A stretch of 63,546 nucleotides of DNA, the filler included, from Sphaeroforma arctica JP610 (lineage: Eukaryota): NCBI RefSeq assembly GCF_001186125.1. It is 8 parts of 2 records of this genome, joined end to end, with 100 filler letters (N's around TTAATTAATTAA, not from the genome) between each part and the next. Parts side by side here need not be neighbours in the genome. Positions count along the whole stretch, not along the records: positions 1 to 4,274 come from NW_014040549.1; positions 4,375 to 13,615 come from NW_014040549.1; positions 13,716 to 19,577 come from NW_014040549.1; 5 more parts are not named here. One strand, given 5' to 3'. This document shows positions 1-14,929 of this stretch, in pieces (within the stretch, counting starts at the first letter, position 1; each line of letters starts with the position of its first letter). A program made the position numbers and the translations under genes. Below the pieces are notes generated by a model. That model searched no databases. It saw only the letters and a list, made by a program, of their open reading frames with translations, and was not told where the DNA came from.

Positions 1-1
1 A

Positions 2-33
<32 letters not shown>

Positions 34-3000
34 ATGTGTGTATTATTTTTTTGTGTCTATGGGTGTGTATGTTTGTTTTTAGATCCTTTAGGATTGTCCA
101 CACTGCTCACAAAGTATTTTGACCCTACTAACACCCCATTGAGTCATTAGCGACAAATTCATTCGTACTTGTGCAAAAAACCTGCAATCACATGCTCGCT
201 CATTCGCGGTACCTTATGCTCGCACCGTTACACCCACCCTACATACCTAGCCATAGATATTTGCTTACTATTGCTGTCTCCCACATCTATTCACTTATGT
301 GAATTTTCAAATTTACCCTATTTATCTATAACGCTTCATAAGTGAATATCAACATTTACCACATTTGCCTATAACCCTCGTCCTAGCCCACCCCCCCCCC
401 AAAGCATATCCCGAGGTCTTACGTAGGCTTGGCACACACTGTTGTAATCCTACTTATTCTAGTGACGAAATATACTAATATCTCGTTGAATCATCATTAG
501 ATGGGATAGTCATTTAGTCGTGTGTCAATTGGGGCTACATCCCTCGTAACACCATATACCACCCCGGTCACTAGGCATGGGTCTGATGGTGGTTCCCTAA
601 CGGAATACACTTAATTTTTATTTGGGGGGGGGGGGCAATCGTAGATCTATAGGGATAAATATCATCACCCAGATAGGGGTTTCACCACAAACCTTTCGTA
701 AACTGCCTCTTATTGTAGTAGGGCTATCGTCAGTCTACTCAATCACCGTGTACCATGATGTATACTATTTCATGGGCCGTAATACACTTGCTACTACTAC
801 CTCACCTTAGTCAATCGCATACATTCATCTAATCCGATGCTAACTTTATTGTTCTTACTATGATATCAATTCACATGCAGAATTGCATGGTTTTCCCTCT
901 CGACAGCTACAAATACCTGCTCATTCATTTATTCATTTTTATATTCTTTCTACAAATTTGGAAGTATATTCTGACCCTTTTGCATGTCCGCTTATTTATT
1001 CAAGCCATCTATTAACATACTCTCTCACTCATATGTGCGTATACATTCTCGCACTGTATATACCTAACCGTCGCTCTAGACGCTATGCTTGTTGAACAAT
1101 GAACGTTCCCATACCTTCCCGATACACCACATACATGCTCTCTAATATGGTCTTGAAGATACAAGCTTTCTCATGCATCAGCACCCAATTATCATCATCT
1201 TGTTTGTGTTTTATACAAGTGATTAGTCGAACAGAAAGTACTTGAATGTGCCGAAGAATGCTCTGAAGTTTTGACTGAAATCGACGCCGTTAGTGTAAGT
1301 AAGGCATACAGACACGTTGCAGAGTTTGCCAGAGAGTGTTTTCCAGCCAAATTTGACAAGATTGTCTGAGCAATCGAATTCAGTTTAGAAAAAATGCGTA
1401 AAGCTAATAGCCCATATGTGGTACAGTTATTTTCACTTCCGATGTAATACTTGCAATTGTAGTGCAAGGTGTCATCTGTGGAATCAATACTGTATTCAAA
1501 AGTATACAATTGCTCGGGTATCTATGAGTATCGCTATCCAACTAGGTAAAATCGGAACAGTCAATTGGCATACATATGTAAACTTATATGCATGTTTACA
1601 TATAATCGTATACTCGTATAGAAGTATGGAATTCACACAGCCATTGTGAGTTGAGCTTGCCATTTCATCGTAGCATTGTGTTCTTTCAAGACACATCAAG
1701 AAAGATGTTTATTGATTTCAGAACACGTAACTTGCCAATAAAGTTGTGGTCTGCTGGTTGTCGCTCAGTGTTTGTAGTACGGTAAATTCAAAAATGAGTC
1801 TTCCAGTGGTGCAGATGCAATGGAGTTGTGATTTGTTAGTCGTCGCTTGGTGTTTGCAGTACGGTATATCTATAAAATGTTTTTCCTATGGTTCAAATGC
1901 CGTCAGCTAATTGTGAATTGATATCTTGTTTGACACATTTGTCTGTATAAAAATGGGTGCACACAGGTGTATAGCGTACAAATTGTGCTTGGAGCATGTG
2001 TATCAAGATTTTATGGAAACAACCAGTAGGACGACGTATATTCTGTAGGTCATGTGGACAAAGATACCATGGAAAATAGTAAATTATACATACATTATGC
2101 AGTGAGCTAAGCCAATTTAGTATCAGAGGCTCAGTGTCGAAAGCAAAGGAGCGCACCCCATTTTATGTGAGACACAGTGCAGCTGCATAATGCGAGTCAT
2201 GGTATTTCAATACTGTTTTGATCATCTATGTTATGCTCATCGAATTGCGCGTTAAAATCTGTGCAAATATGTAAATACCTATTTATCTATACTAACATAC
2301 ATAAATACCTATTTATCTATACACGCATACATAAATAGATAGGTGCGTACACGATAGCCGTGTTCATTTATGTATGTGTACACGAAGTACACGTACCAGT
2401 AAGGTTTTGAATGATGTCGCCTTGTCACCTAGCTTCACTTCTTTTCTAGTCTCTAAGAGTCGAATGCGTTTCATACCAGGAACTGGTGAGTGAGCAGTTG
2501 GAACTAAAAGCGGACGCGTTCACCCAATTGGTATTGTTGCGAGTGGAAACATCTACTCTCAAGAAGTACTTACAGGTATGGGTTCGTTTAGTCATGAATA
2601 TGCGATTGAATCGCACGTATATGTGGCAATTGTGACATCCCTGTTGACTACTGGAACATTGCGTCTATGGTTTTACGTGGACCCGGTATTGTCGCACTCA
2701 TGTATAATCTACTTATTTCGCTCACATGTCTTTCAATGTTGAATTCAATGAATTAGTTGCCACGGTGTTTGAGTATTCATTGGCACTCAGTATTAGTCCC
2801 TGTGGCGGGATTGATTTCCGCACTGAACGTGTTTGAGGTCGGTCGTTCGTATTATCAAACACGCCTCTTGCATATTTGAAAACTTAAGCGAAGATTTATG
2901 GATGTGTTTCGAAGTTCTCATGGAATCTCACGGGTACAAACTATCTTGCATGCTCGCTCTATTGTCCTTCACATACCACCTACACTACAGTCCATCGCGC

Positions 3001-3585
3001 GATTGGTTAGATATCAAATGAAAAAATGCGTAAAATGAATTAGCGCCACTGGCGACACATCAAGATATACCCCAGAAGCATATCTATTTGATCCAATGGT
3101 TTGTACATATGTGTTCGCACACTCAGTTGCCGTATTATATATTCAGTGCAGCGCAGACGTGTAAGTTATCGCAAAGAGAGGTTATCAATGTACAGGATTA
3201 TACAGCAGGAGTGCTTTGAAAGTTCATCAATACGCAGTCTTAAGTGCATTTAGGAATTGACATGTGCTCCATGTTTGTGGCAAACCAACAAGAACTTGTG
3301 AAAGAAAGACCATCATGCCTGCGAAGCTCAGACCCTTTCGCTGCGCCTCATTTTTCTTCTTGAGTCCAACTGTCGACATCACCCGGAACACACAGAAACA
3401 AGATATTTATGTATGTGTATTCAGCAACAAACTTCGGATACATACTTCTGCGTAGTATAAAGCACATAAAATGGTGTTCCAAACTGGGATAATACTTCAT
3501 AATTTGATACCCGTGTCTATCAGACAACTGTCAACAGCGAAATGTGGACTCACTTTGTACAACATTGTTTGCATCTGACTGAAAG

Positions 3586-4189
3586 ACTATTGAGGATGAA
3601 ATACAAACACTGGATGCCGAACATGTCAAACTGAAAGCCAGAAGAGCTGCGCAACACCAGGAGCTGTCCACGCAGGTAGGCACCTTGTTAGTACGAGTAA
3701 TATATAGTCAGCATTGTACATTTTCCAAGATACTTAACAATTTTTACGAAGGTGCTACATCGTTTTTAAATGTAGTCTGCGCTCTTACTATACATTGCAT
3801 AGGTGACACTGGCATTGCACTCTCGAGTATATCGAACATACCTCAGTGTTATTGATATCTGCTCATCTGATCAATGCTTGCAAATACTTGTTGCTGTCTT
3901 TGAAGGACGATGATGATATTGATATGAATTGTGTCACTATAGACTTGAATAGACAACACAATTGTATATGATTAGATGATGTTAATAAGAATCGTTTCAC
4001 AATAAACGTGAATAGAAATACAATTGTGTCATCCATGACATTCCACAGGTAGTACGGGCAACTGAGCTGTCGTCTACCATCTGCAGTGAAGAGATGCAAC
4101 AGCGCAAAACGACTTCAATCACAAACCTGCGCTCAGATATCCAGCAACAATCGCATCAGTATAATGCACTTGACCAGTATTTGCAACAG
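3586..4189 (+). CDS. Two putative coding exons (3586-3675, 4049-4189) of an unidentified coiled-coil protein; partial, runs into the first gap
   Basis: AG/GT-bounded, phase-0 compatible open segments TIEDEIQTLDAEHVKLKARRAAQHQELSTQ and VVRATELSSTICSEEMQQRK...QYNALDQYLQQ with GTAGG/GTAAGC donors. No family recognised. Confidence 0.35.
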
Positions 4190-4274
4190 GTAAGCGTATA
4201 TTATGTTCGAAACGAAGATCAGCTAAACGACAGCAGTGACCACGGTTTCAGTATATATATATATATATATATAT

Positions 4275-4374
4275 NNNNNNNNNNNNNNNNNNNNNNNNNN
4301 NNNNNNNNNNNNNNNNNNTTAATTAATTAANNNNNNNNNNNNNNNNNNNNNNNNNNNNNNNNNNNNNNNNNNNN
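4275..4374. other. Artificial contig spacer N44-TTAATTAATTAA-N44 (same at 13616-13715, 19578-19677, 29224-29323, 39809-39908, 53672-53771, 57928-58027)
   Basis: Identical 100-nt structure seven times; the 12-mer puts stops in all six frames. Confidence 0.97.
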
Positions 4375-7344
4375 TGTACATCAAGTTATTATATCACTTA
4401 GCTCCATCGCATACTACTCTCTGTATGGGGCAGTTTAGCACACTGTTTTCTATCCCTGCAATAGACTTAGCATTGTGATAAGTCATGCGGCTTGCAAAAT
4501 TGCAATATCCACAAAGTGTTCATATGCCGTACGTATAAGAACTATCGAAGCACCAAATGCCACCATTTTTTTTTAAACTATGGACGATCATCACCTGCTA
4601 GATATTTGTATTTACTATCTAGTAGTCCAAAATTCATGCTATATCATTGTTCTTATATACCCCTACGTCGTCATTCCGATATTAGATGTTGATTCTGATT
4701 TAGAGCGCCAGTTGTACGGCAATCAGGTGAGTTACCACGAACTGAACTTATTCTGCTCCACTCGCAGTTTTAGAATGTAAAAATATATCCCAGCGATCCT
4801 TCATGGAGTCATCCGTTTTTTTTAAATAAGTAAATTCGTGATATCCGCCTATAACTTTCGGTATCCATTTTGAACGTCAAAGCATCATTCAGTACTCGGT
4901 TCATTGTAATTGATGGATGCAGTTTGAAGAACTTGATTGCTATACTGACTGTCATACAATCTTGGGACTGCATTCGCCAACCGCACTTTAGCTCTCTCTC
5001 TTCCAACTTCTTCATATATTTTCACAGCAGCAGTTGCTGATTGGTGTTTGCTACACTTTACACGCCACAAGTACCAATCGCGTATGTGTATAGTGGCAAG
5101 TAATGCAGAAAATCTCTCAGTTACACATATAGAAGCGTGCATTCAAAGAATATTTGGTGTTGTATTGTCAAGTATACCTGCCTATCGTGAATGTGTAGGC
5201 TGAAGTTTATTGAAAGTGCCGACTACAGATGCACACATTTGTCGACAGATAAATCATACAATATAGTCTCACACGAGTAGCATCAATCTCGTGCATTACT
5301 GCCTTTTCCTTCGAATACGATCACACTAGTTCTTGCTACCAAATACTTAATTATTCCACATTGATCAGCCATTGTGCATTCGAGGTAAGTTGAGTGCAAC
5401 CCCAAATTCGGGCATGAAGGATAATATGTGTTGTCATCTGGTAATGTTGACATCGACCGACCATAGCTCGTGAAAAATCGGGTCAATACGATTGAAATTG
5501 TGTTGTAACTATAACGGCTTATTGTGCGCATATAACACATAATCTACTCGTCTATAATACTGGGCTGTCTCATGTGTATTGTATAACTCTGATATTCCTT
5601 TACCTATTCTGACCGCAGCTTGTTATCAAGCGTGCGCTTGTTAGCTGGAGACGACTGGAGAAGGTGCAAGCTGGCCTGGAGAGGTGGGTTCGGTCACGCA
5701 GTGCAGTGTGAAATTGGGCAAAATATGGGTTGGTTTATGCAAAATGCGGGCTTGCTTATGCAAAATATGTGTACCATCACTGAGTGTACGTGTTCAAATT
5801 TTTGCTTGTGTGTTCAACATTCTAACTGTTTAATGCCAGCGGAGTATAAAATGTGCACTTGTTAATTGGTGATAAATGGAGAAATAACACATATCGTTAG
5901 TTGATTTCATTTTCAACTGCGTGGTTGTGTGACCTTTGAATATGTTGATGCAACATATGTACAGTGCTACATATGCGCCCGTTGATCCCTCTAGGAGGCC
6001 GATTACCATGCAGGTTTTTATGCTTAAGAGCGAAACGGTGATATGCCAATTTCAATATTGTTTTTTAAGTATGGGTGGTAGTTCAAAATGCAAAACTTGT
6101 TGTGTCTGACCATCTAGTCTGCTATGTGCGGGCTGAAGTATATCTTGACAAGGCGCAGGCCGACGAGAAGAGTCTAATATTGTTTTTAACAATTTCTAGC
6201 GTAGATGCTGACAATGTGTTCAGCTGTACTGAGTGCTTGTCGTTATAGCCTTGAGTGTATGTATCGTGCATGGGTCTCTCCGTATCCGACAAATAAAATC
6301 AAAGTGCCTGTCTCTAAGCTAGCGCGTTCAAACTAGAAACATCTAAGAGTTCAAACCCTGACCAATCAAACTCGATGGGATGCATTCCACGACATGTTAT
6401 TCAATCTGTGTAGTGATATTAAAATCTGTAGTGCCATTAAGGTGTGAAATAGCATAATAAACTCGTTTGGCATGAAAATCGGCACCACAGACAAGACAAG
6501 ACTTGTATATGCCCGAGTATATATGCAGTTTCAGCTACAGCACTCCCTATAAGTATACTGTAAACCTTGACTTCTGTGTCCTTGATTTCTGTGCGTTGTA
6601 TAATATGTGCATTGTCAGCTGCAATGCATTCGTATTTGACGCATGTGTATACGTTAGTGCTCGTGTTTTGTCGGATCTACCTACTACACTTGAAAATAAT
6701 ATATTGCGGATATCTATATAGCTCAAATTTTGTTTATCACAGTCTAGACGCTGAGAACAACCAGTACATCGCATCTTCGCTTGTAATGATAAGGTAAATA
6801 ACTTGCGAGGTAATAATTTGACATCGTAGTCTTCTGACTGTCTCGAGAATATAATATTCTCTCAACCTTTGTGCAGTTCGGTGGAACACTTGGCTTGGAG
6901 CTGTGTTTCAGACCGTTTTATTCTCCTCCATATTTTGAAAACGTTAACGGATCGCACACCTTGGACGAGGCGTGTACACATTTAAGGTAGGGTCACTATG
7001 TCCTATATTAAGCCAATTCATTACGAGGACCTGAGGAATCTACAAACCAAGCATAATCATATATATGTCGTTTTGTAACGAGTGTTTTCATCTGTCTGCA
7101 ATTCAGTACCATCTGATATCGTGTCCAGAATTCGTAATACACTTTTTCAGCTGTAAGTGTAGGCATTCATGTCTCTGTTTAATCTAGTACGTTCAATCTA
7201 GTGGCTTGCATATATCTACTCCTACTGACTACTATTGTATTCGTAACTTTGTATACATATTGTGTCGCCACCAGGTTATCATCAAGGTTGCGAAAAAAAT
7301 TGAAAACAATATACTGGTAGAGGACTTTTCGAACGAAACTTTTT

Positions 7345-7431
7345 TCATTTATAGAGGTAAAGGGGAACGCTAGTCATTTATAGAGGTAAATGGGAACGCT
7401 AGTCATTTAAAGAGGTTAAGGGGAGCGCTAG
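7345..7431. repeat. Tandem repeat, about 29 bp x3
   Basis: TCATTTATAGAGGTAAAGGGGAACGCTAG-like unit three times. Confidence 0.85.
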
Positions 7432-9018
7432 ATGTCTAAGCAGAAGCAAATGTTGCCGTAGAAACGTCTCCATGTATATTTTTAAATTGGTCAGCATGCA
7501 AAAACATCCATATATTTAATACGCAAGTGTTTATACCCTAATACTTGTGCGGGATCTACAGGAATGCGGTGCAGTTAGCGAGTCGCAGACTCTCAGCATA
7601 CTCTACGGTTTGAACTGGCTCCTACATAGAGGTGACGATACTTGCCCTCCCTGCCTTGGCCACACCATTCTACCGCTTCTGAAAAATGATATGTAACAAC
7701 CAATGAACAAATAAAATAAATCGTGTGTATTTAAATGAATCATTCAAAGCGTTTGACTCATTGGACTGCATGTAATATAACGAGTATAAAGATATCTTAA
7801 CTTTCAATCGAATACGCATAGAATAGTCAATGGCTGTGGTCCTCACCGAAACACACAACAAAATATCACTTAGCTCCATAGTGGATATGTGTTAGACACT
7901 TAATACTATATGTATAGATGAATACTGGTGGATATAAGCATCGCTTATATGAATGTGGACTGCCAGAACTTGTTCAGTGGATCTTATCGTTGCATGGATA
8001 TACGAAATCCGGACCATTATTAGTTACATTGCGTATATCCACTTCCAAGATTTACCTGAGCGATTGATGTGCAAACACGCGACGACATCACCAAATTAGA
8101 TCCGGCACTTCTTGGCCATCCGTGCGACTTCTAACTCTGGAAATGATTGTCTTGAATTGATAGTCTGGAGAATCCATCTCGATACTCTCTTGATAGATAA
8201 ATGTGAAATCCCAGACCAACGCAGTACTAATCTCTGATGTCGATTAAAGCATATTATGGGCTCCGAAGTCGAATAGATGGCTCAGATGTGATTCGTATGG
8301 ACTGATCCGACTATTTCCTCTGCTTACGTCCAGGCTGTTTGCCTGTTATTTGTGACAAATTGTATAGATTGCAGGTAAGGAAATACAATGTAGAATTGCA
8401 CCGTAACTCGGCCATTTAATGGCTGCACGCCTGTGAAGAATAGCACACGCTACATACCTTCTAGTCAATATTTATAAACATACCTCAGTGACCCCCACCC
8501 AGGTTGTACGCTACGATGACGCCTCTAGTAAACATAATAGCCCCCGATGAAGTAGTATGCAATATATCAAAACATTCAACTTCTACAATTTTTCTCATCC
8601 TGTGCAGAAGGACCGTGTATTGAGCGAAAGGCGGTCTGCTCTGTTGAAATTAACCTCTAACTTCAGGGTGTTCGGCTCACAAAGTGTAACGCAAAGTTTT
8701 TCCTGTAACGTGCCCGTATTTGACTATATTGGTCCCAGGTCGCTCGTATCAACCCCTTCCACTCAGGCCAACTTTTTATTATTTATAGCTAGGTGGCTTG
8801 TTATAAACTTTCATTACTTTATATAAAAGAGTTGATTGATTGTAAAATACTATATAAACCCAAATTACTAACTAACTCTACTTTAAACTTGCAGATGAAA
8901 AAGCCCCAAATCCACCTGGTCTGCATTAGTGGAAGATGGGCCAACTTAGATACTTGTGTTATTAACCTCGAAATGGCAGCATCGCAGGTGTACATATATG
9001 ATAGACTTCGACCCATCT

Positions 9019-9076
9019 CTTGAATATACTGAACCAGTCTTGAATATACTGAACCAGTCTTGAATATGAACCAGTC
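9019..9076. repeat. Tandem repeat, 20 bp x3
   Basis: CTTGAATATACTGAACCAGT twice plus a shortened third copy. Confidence 0.85.
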
Positions 9077-11404
9077 ATCTCTAGTGAATCCTCATACAAA
9101 CAAGTTGTACACCATGTGCAGAAAATATGTCAGCCAGACAGAACAAGGACGACATCGGCATATCACTGCTCTGAAGGAATCTGGCCAATATAGCCAAGCT
9201 AAAGCACTCGTCACTGTCACACTGTGAAGAGAGCTACGTATCACAACGGTACCTATCCTCAAGGTATCACACACTTGAATACTGCTACGACATCTGAAAA
9301 GTCGCTACAAATCCCGATCCAAAAAAAAAGTACGTACTTATCGATGAGTTTTTCATGTATACCCTATGACGGGTATCGCACGAACCAATATGTGCTTGGT
9401 CTCGGCGCATCGAAATATTCCTCTTTGAGTTCTACTGCAAGGTACTACTTTTCAACCCAAGGTATAACAATATATCTTGATTGATGGTCTCTCTCCTGCA
9501 GACATATCTCAGGCCCTTGATGTACATATTATGCCGGTCCTCCCCTTATTAACATTAGATAATGGCGGGGAATCACAAACCCTGAGTCTGTCAACGTAAA
9601 TCTGGTTTCCCAAGTTGCACAGTAGACTATACCTCCTCCTGAGCCGACAAACCAGGATATTGTGTATATGATATGGTACTTAAGAGTAACTTTTCTAACT
9701 GTTGTAGTAGAGGTACTCGAACTGGCTATGTCTCATTAGATTTTACCTAAGGCTGCGAAGAATGTTGTGCTCAAATACATACTGAAGCTGAATACACAGT
9801 AGACAGTCTTAAAACCCAACACCGTTTTCGCATTGGACACGTGGATACTGTGTGTACTAACAAGTGAATAACTGAACAACAGTTTTCCATACCCTGTCGA
9901 AACTGTTGCCTGTGTCACAATTGATGATATATTTAACCGCAGCACCACGGCTTCAGCCAACGACTCTAATCATTGATGGAAGAGCCATTGTTAATTACTT
10001 ACACGCATCAACTAAGCGACTATACACATAGGTTGAGTATGGCTAGTTCCCACTAAAGTTAACCAACAACCATATTACCATGATCAAATACCACGGGACT
10101 CTACCCAACCTAGGTATGGCATATCAGGACTTGACAATAACACGAGGCATTTTTCGCTCAGAATAATCTACAATTTAGTGGATGCTCACATACATGTCCT
10201 GGTGAAAGCATAGTACATGCCATCTATGTCTTGTGGGTTCGACATTAAAATCACCACGAAGCGTAGAGGATATTATATCTACTATACTGTACTTCAACAG
10301 TTATTAAATCAGCCACTAGTATAGAATCACAAGCCTGACGGCTCTATTTCATCTTCCAAATCCCCTTCTGATCCTTTGGTACCCCTATTGATCTAAGCAA
10401 ACCACCACATCATCGCACCATAACTTATGACGAGTTTCATAGCTAAACTACAATCCGAAATGTCAAATAGAAGCACGTCACACTAACTCTTACCTACCAA
10501 CGTAAAATCCAAAGCCTGGACACTGATTCGTCAGATATTTATTTCCTGTGTATCATTTCTTGTTTTTAACCTAGCATCGACTTATTTGCTTCCAACTCTA
10601 GTACGCAAGTACCTCGCTTTGTTTCTCTTGATGGAGATAATGTTGCCACGAATTGGCGTGACGAGGGTTTCGTGGAATGAATGGGAATATTTTTGGAAAC
10701 CTTATCTAGCCAGATGTACAAGAATATATCGTTGTCTCGTTTACAACATATCTATTCGGCTTTTTTTGCTGATAAGGGAAGGAATTGTAATATATATATA
10801 AATTCGTGACATACACGAAAATCCGTTCACAGGGAAAATATAAGCCGCATTACTACATGTATAGAGAAACTGATGCCATAATGGGAACAAGCGATTGATT
10901 CGGGAGAACATCAAAAGGGAGCTTCTTTGCATCAAATTATCAAGTAATATGAAAAGGAGAGGGAAATTTACCTCTTAATGGCCTCGACTGGTCTTGCCGG
11001 TATGTATGGGATTTCAGTGGCGCTTCGAATGAATATAGAACATTTTCGAAATGTGTCTCACAGAATAAATTGATACAAAGTCTGAATTCCATAGTTTAAT
11101 TCGCCCTGTCACGTCCCTGTCACAGATATCATTGCGTCCGTCACAGACGCTGATAACCATCCGACACCCATACAGACGAAACCTCGCCAGTAAAATGTGA
11201 CATGGAAACCAGTGAAAGTATGTTTTTCAGGCTGTATATCTCTGATAATTGAGTTGGTGTAAAGACTATATTTGAGTAACGTAATGATTATATTTATATT
11301 CAAAACTTGTGATTGCTGACACAATTGTACAGTACTTGGTATAAAGACAGGCTCTTCTTATATCGTTGCAGACAAGGTCGAAAACGAACAAAAACTGCAG
11401 TCGA

Positions 11405-11639
11405 TGTAGTCGGAATACACCAGGTAGGTTTACACTTAGGTTTATTACAGGTTATCAGAAGGATCTGATAAACTTTTACCGATTAATAGAATTCGCCCAT
11501 GACTCATCAACTAGAAAGTTATCAATTATAAAATCAGCATATGACTATGATTTTTAAGAATACTAGTAAAAGAACAACGTCTTTCTCCCTTTGGCGGGAG
11601 AACGTTGAGATACAGTAATCTTAACGTGTACTTACGACA
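11405..11639 (+). mobile_element. Family A LTR, probably a 5' LTR
   Basis: TGTAGTCGGAATACACCAGG...GTACTTACGACA; clearly similar to the LTR that follows a PPT at 36703-36956. Confidence 0.85.
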
Positions 11640-11780
11640 TTTTAACTTACCATAGATGTTGTTAATTTATTAGTAATCAAGAAGTAGCTACTATACAGGA
11701 GATAGACAGTAGCTGTCAGATTTTTTTATAGGAATAAGACTAAAAGTGAAAGGGACATCGAATACAATTGGAATATTAAG

Positions 11781-12182
11781 ATGTCGCAACAAAATGTCGA
11801 TATCTTCCAAAATCTACCCGCTGAAGAGGAGGATAACAAGTAAACGAGTAGCGATGCCAGTGCTACTATGCCACCTTTAATGTCGGGGAGACGGAATAGC
11901 CAGCATGATCGCTGGGAACCACACAGGAGCCCCGAGGTGAACAGCAGTAGCTTCAGAATAACCAGATTCGGCATGGCCCGACATCTTGAGCGCTTTGGGT
12001 TTGTCTATCCGGTTAGCCAACGTTACTTGGGCCGCAAGACAAAGGTAGAAACTGACCCCACGGTCGAATCCGAAGAGGAACCTACACAGTCGAATACATC
12101 GAAGGCACAAGAACGACAAGAACGGGCCCAGGAAGATGATATGACGAAGACAAGGGACCAACTAGAAGACGCAGATAAGTAG
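11781..12182 (+). pseudogene. Possible degenerate gag N-terminus downstream of the family A LTR
   Basis: ATG about 140 nt after the LTR (MSQQNVDIFQNLPAEEEDNK*), then hydrophilic ORF 11868-12182. Positional argument only. Confidence 0.3.
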
Positions 12183-12846
12183 AGATGTTTTAGGGAAGGT
12201 TTCGAGGTTGAATGTTGTGGTGTATGAGGTAGTAGAGTGTGCAGTGATGTCGTACAAGTGTCAAGCCTGAACCTGCTAAGAGGGGTACTTAGGAAAGAGG
12301 AGGTTCATTAGAAACTACGGTAGAAAGACTGAGAAGCGTATATGTCTATAACGAGTCAGTTGGTATTACAGAGCTGAGAAGTTGGTAGAGCAAAATGTTG
12401 GGGTTTGCAATATAGTTGGACGTTGAAATATAACATACAAAGATTCACAGTCTTACCCTAGAATAGACACCTTATGATGTGAACACGTTAGTTGATGCCT
12501 AAGATCGAATATAACATGAGGTGTCCATGATACATTTTAAAGCAAATGTTAAGGATAGAATAGGTAGAGTTACGGCTGTCGATACATACTATGAATACAA
12601 CAAGATAGTGAGCATCTGACGCAAAAGGAAACTTAGTAAGTTGGCGAAATCGATAGTCAGAAATTGGCCAACAGGTTACATGCGCATGTAGTGGTGTCCA
12701 TGTACACTACGGGAAATAAGTAAGTTCAAGATATTTGAACCGATAGTTTATAGCCTCAAATGTGAATATATAGGATCACATAGGTTATTTATTACAAGGG
12801 TTACTACGGATGGTGGCAGCGAAATCGAGCCAATTGGGACCCATGA

Positions 12847-13049
12847 TGTAATATGCCGGGCCTAAAATGTACTCTTGAGCAGTACGTAAATTATAAACAT
12901 ACTCTTAATAGAACGAGGAACAAGTTTCCTAAATGTACTTTTAATAGTACGAGGAAATTAAGTTTCCTAAATGTACTCTTAATAGCACGAGGAACTTAAG
13001 TTTCCTAAAATGGTTTCTAATGGTTTTATTGATTAATACCTTTTCCATT
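12847..13049 (+). mobile_element. Family B LTR remnant with internal ~39-bp tandem expansion
   Basis: TGTAATA..GCCGGGCCT start, GTACTCTTAATAG..GGAACTTAAGTTTCCTAAA unit about x3, and ATTAATACCTTTTCCATT end match LTR 32680-32833. Confidence 0.75.
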
Positions 13050-14929
13050 TTGGAAATACTCTTTTTTTAGTGGCATATTTACCTTTTTTTTATGCCAAAT
13101 GTCAAAATGCCTTTATTTCATACCAAATGTAAAATCGCCCTTTTTAAACAAAATAAAAATGGGTTTTTATTAACTTTTATTATTTTAGTACCCAAGCTGA
13201 GAGCCGACGAGCGTGCGTTTGTCGAGACTATCCTGGGCTTTTTTGCGGGTACAAACTGGAGTTTATATTACGAAAGAGTTATTCTGTGCGTACGCGTAGT
13301 TTCAACTGTGCAGATTTAAACCACATCGCACTCAACGTTGCGCTTCAAATAATCTATGGAGTACAGCAGCACCTATCTCACACCTATGCTCTCTTCCTTG
13401 AACTCGGGTACATTAACTAACATTCGTTCTATAAAAACACACATGTATCTAAAATACACATACCTTATTAGTGACTTTTAGGCTACTATATATTTAAATA
13501 TATATATATATATATAAATATATATGTATGTATATATACATATAAATATAAATATATATATATAATATATATTATTATATATATATATATATATATTATT
13601 TGTTATATATTTATTNNNNNNNNNNNNNNNNNNNNNNNNNNNNNNNNNNNNNNNNNNNNTTAATTAATTAANNNNNNNNNNNNNNNNNNNNNNNNNNNNN
13701 NNNNNNNNNNNNNNNATATATATATACGTTTTTGTCACTCCAAGTTTTAGGGTTTTAGGTTTTAGGGGGTAGCTGCGCAGGCTACAGCGCCATACTTGCA
13801 TTCTCTGATTGCACCCTATTTATGTATCTGGATGTTAGTGATACGTATCGTTCGAAGAATATATGCGTGCCCTTGTGATTCGGGATGTGTTACCTTCAAC
13901 TCCATGCCTGCTTATCCTACTGCGCTCGGCGTGTATGTTACAGCTGCTTTATCGGCAAGCGTCTCTTTTAGCGGCCTTGGAGATACTGTGTTTGCAATGG
14001 AGTGTTTGTCCATTATGTTGCAGTACCGTAGCCAATGCCTCGGCTTCGTATACCTGAATCCATCGAGGTTGTTGGTTGTTGATTTCCAAACCTTGTGTCT
14101 CACAAACACACGCATCCAGTCTTGTTCCTACGACGAGGATTGCTTTTATCGATGATGATTTTTTTTGCGCGAAATATTCGGCTTTTTTATCACTACGGCA
14201 AATTGGGTGCCATTCCATAGGGAGTGGTGACACCTAACCCAACCCATTGATTTTCCGCTGCCTTTATCTTACACTCGCGTATTTAAATTGTATATTGTTT
14301 ATATGATATCGTATTGTTCTATGCCCCACCATTGTTTTACTTAAGGTGCCCATTTCTTCTTCGCGCATACATTCAACAACAAATGTAGGTTCTACATACA
14401 AGGCCTGAGTGTAGTTGCTAATGCCGTGCTGGTCTACTTCGCTCTGCTCGGACATGTCGACGCTAAAGGTGTGTCAGCCTGGTTAGGCTTAGGTCCAACG
14501 CAATTTGCAGTGCCATTTCTCCTCCATTGTATACAACCACCAACTATATTCAGTTGTTGGTGTCTTAATCAGTTGTTGGTGTCTTGCTAAGCATATGTAC
14601 ATTGTATTGCAATGTGTACTCTGGACATGCATTCGGCTTGAATTTTGCCCTCATGAACGTATACTCAGACTGCGAAGTGCATTGAGACTATGTGAACTAG
14701 AGTTACGTTGAGTTGCGTGTAGGTGCACACAGTGTTCGATGAGCTTAGGCTGATGTGGACTGTTGGTTAAGTTAAACCCTACTTCTCCATGGGCCCATCT
14801 CCAAGGAGCCTTTGACTGATGACCAATGAAAATCAACCATACACCAAATGCTCACTAACCTCTGTGCAAAAACAACCAACCTTGAATCCGAACTCCGGGA
14901 CCTTAAATCCCAAACCCGTGCACCTATAG

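Noticed and set aside
4275..4374. Palindromic TTAATTAATTAA recurring seven times inside N runs
   Set aside because: Assembly spacer with six-frame stops, not biological.
9100..10600. Possible highly decayed retroelement sequence (also about 12190-12820 and 230-800)
   Set aside because: Only fragmentary motif resemblance; cannot be supported without a translated search.
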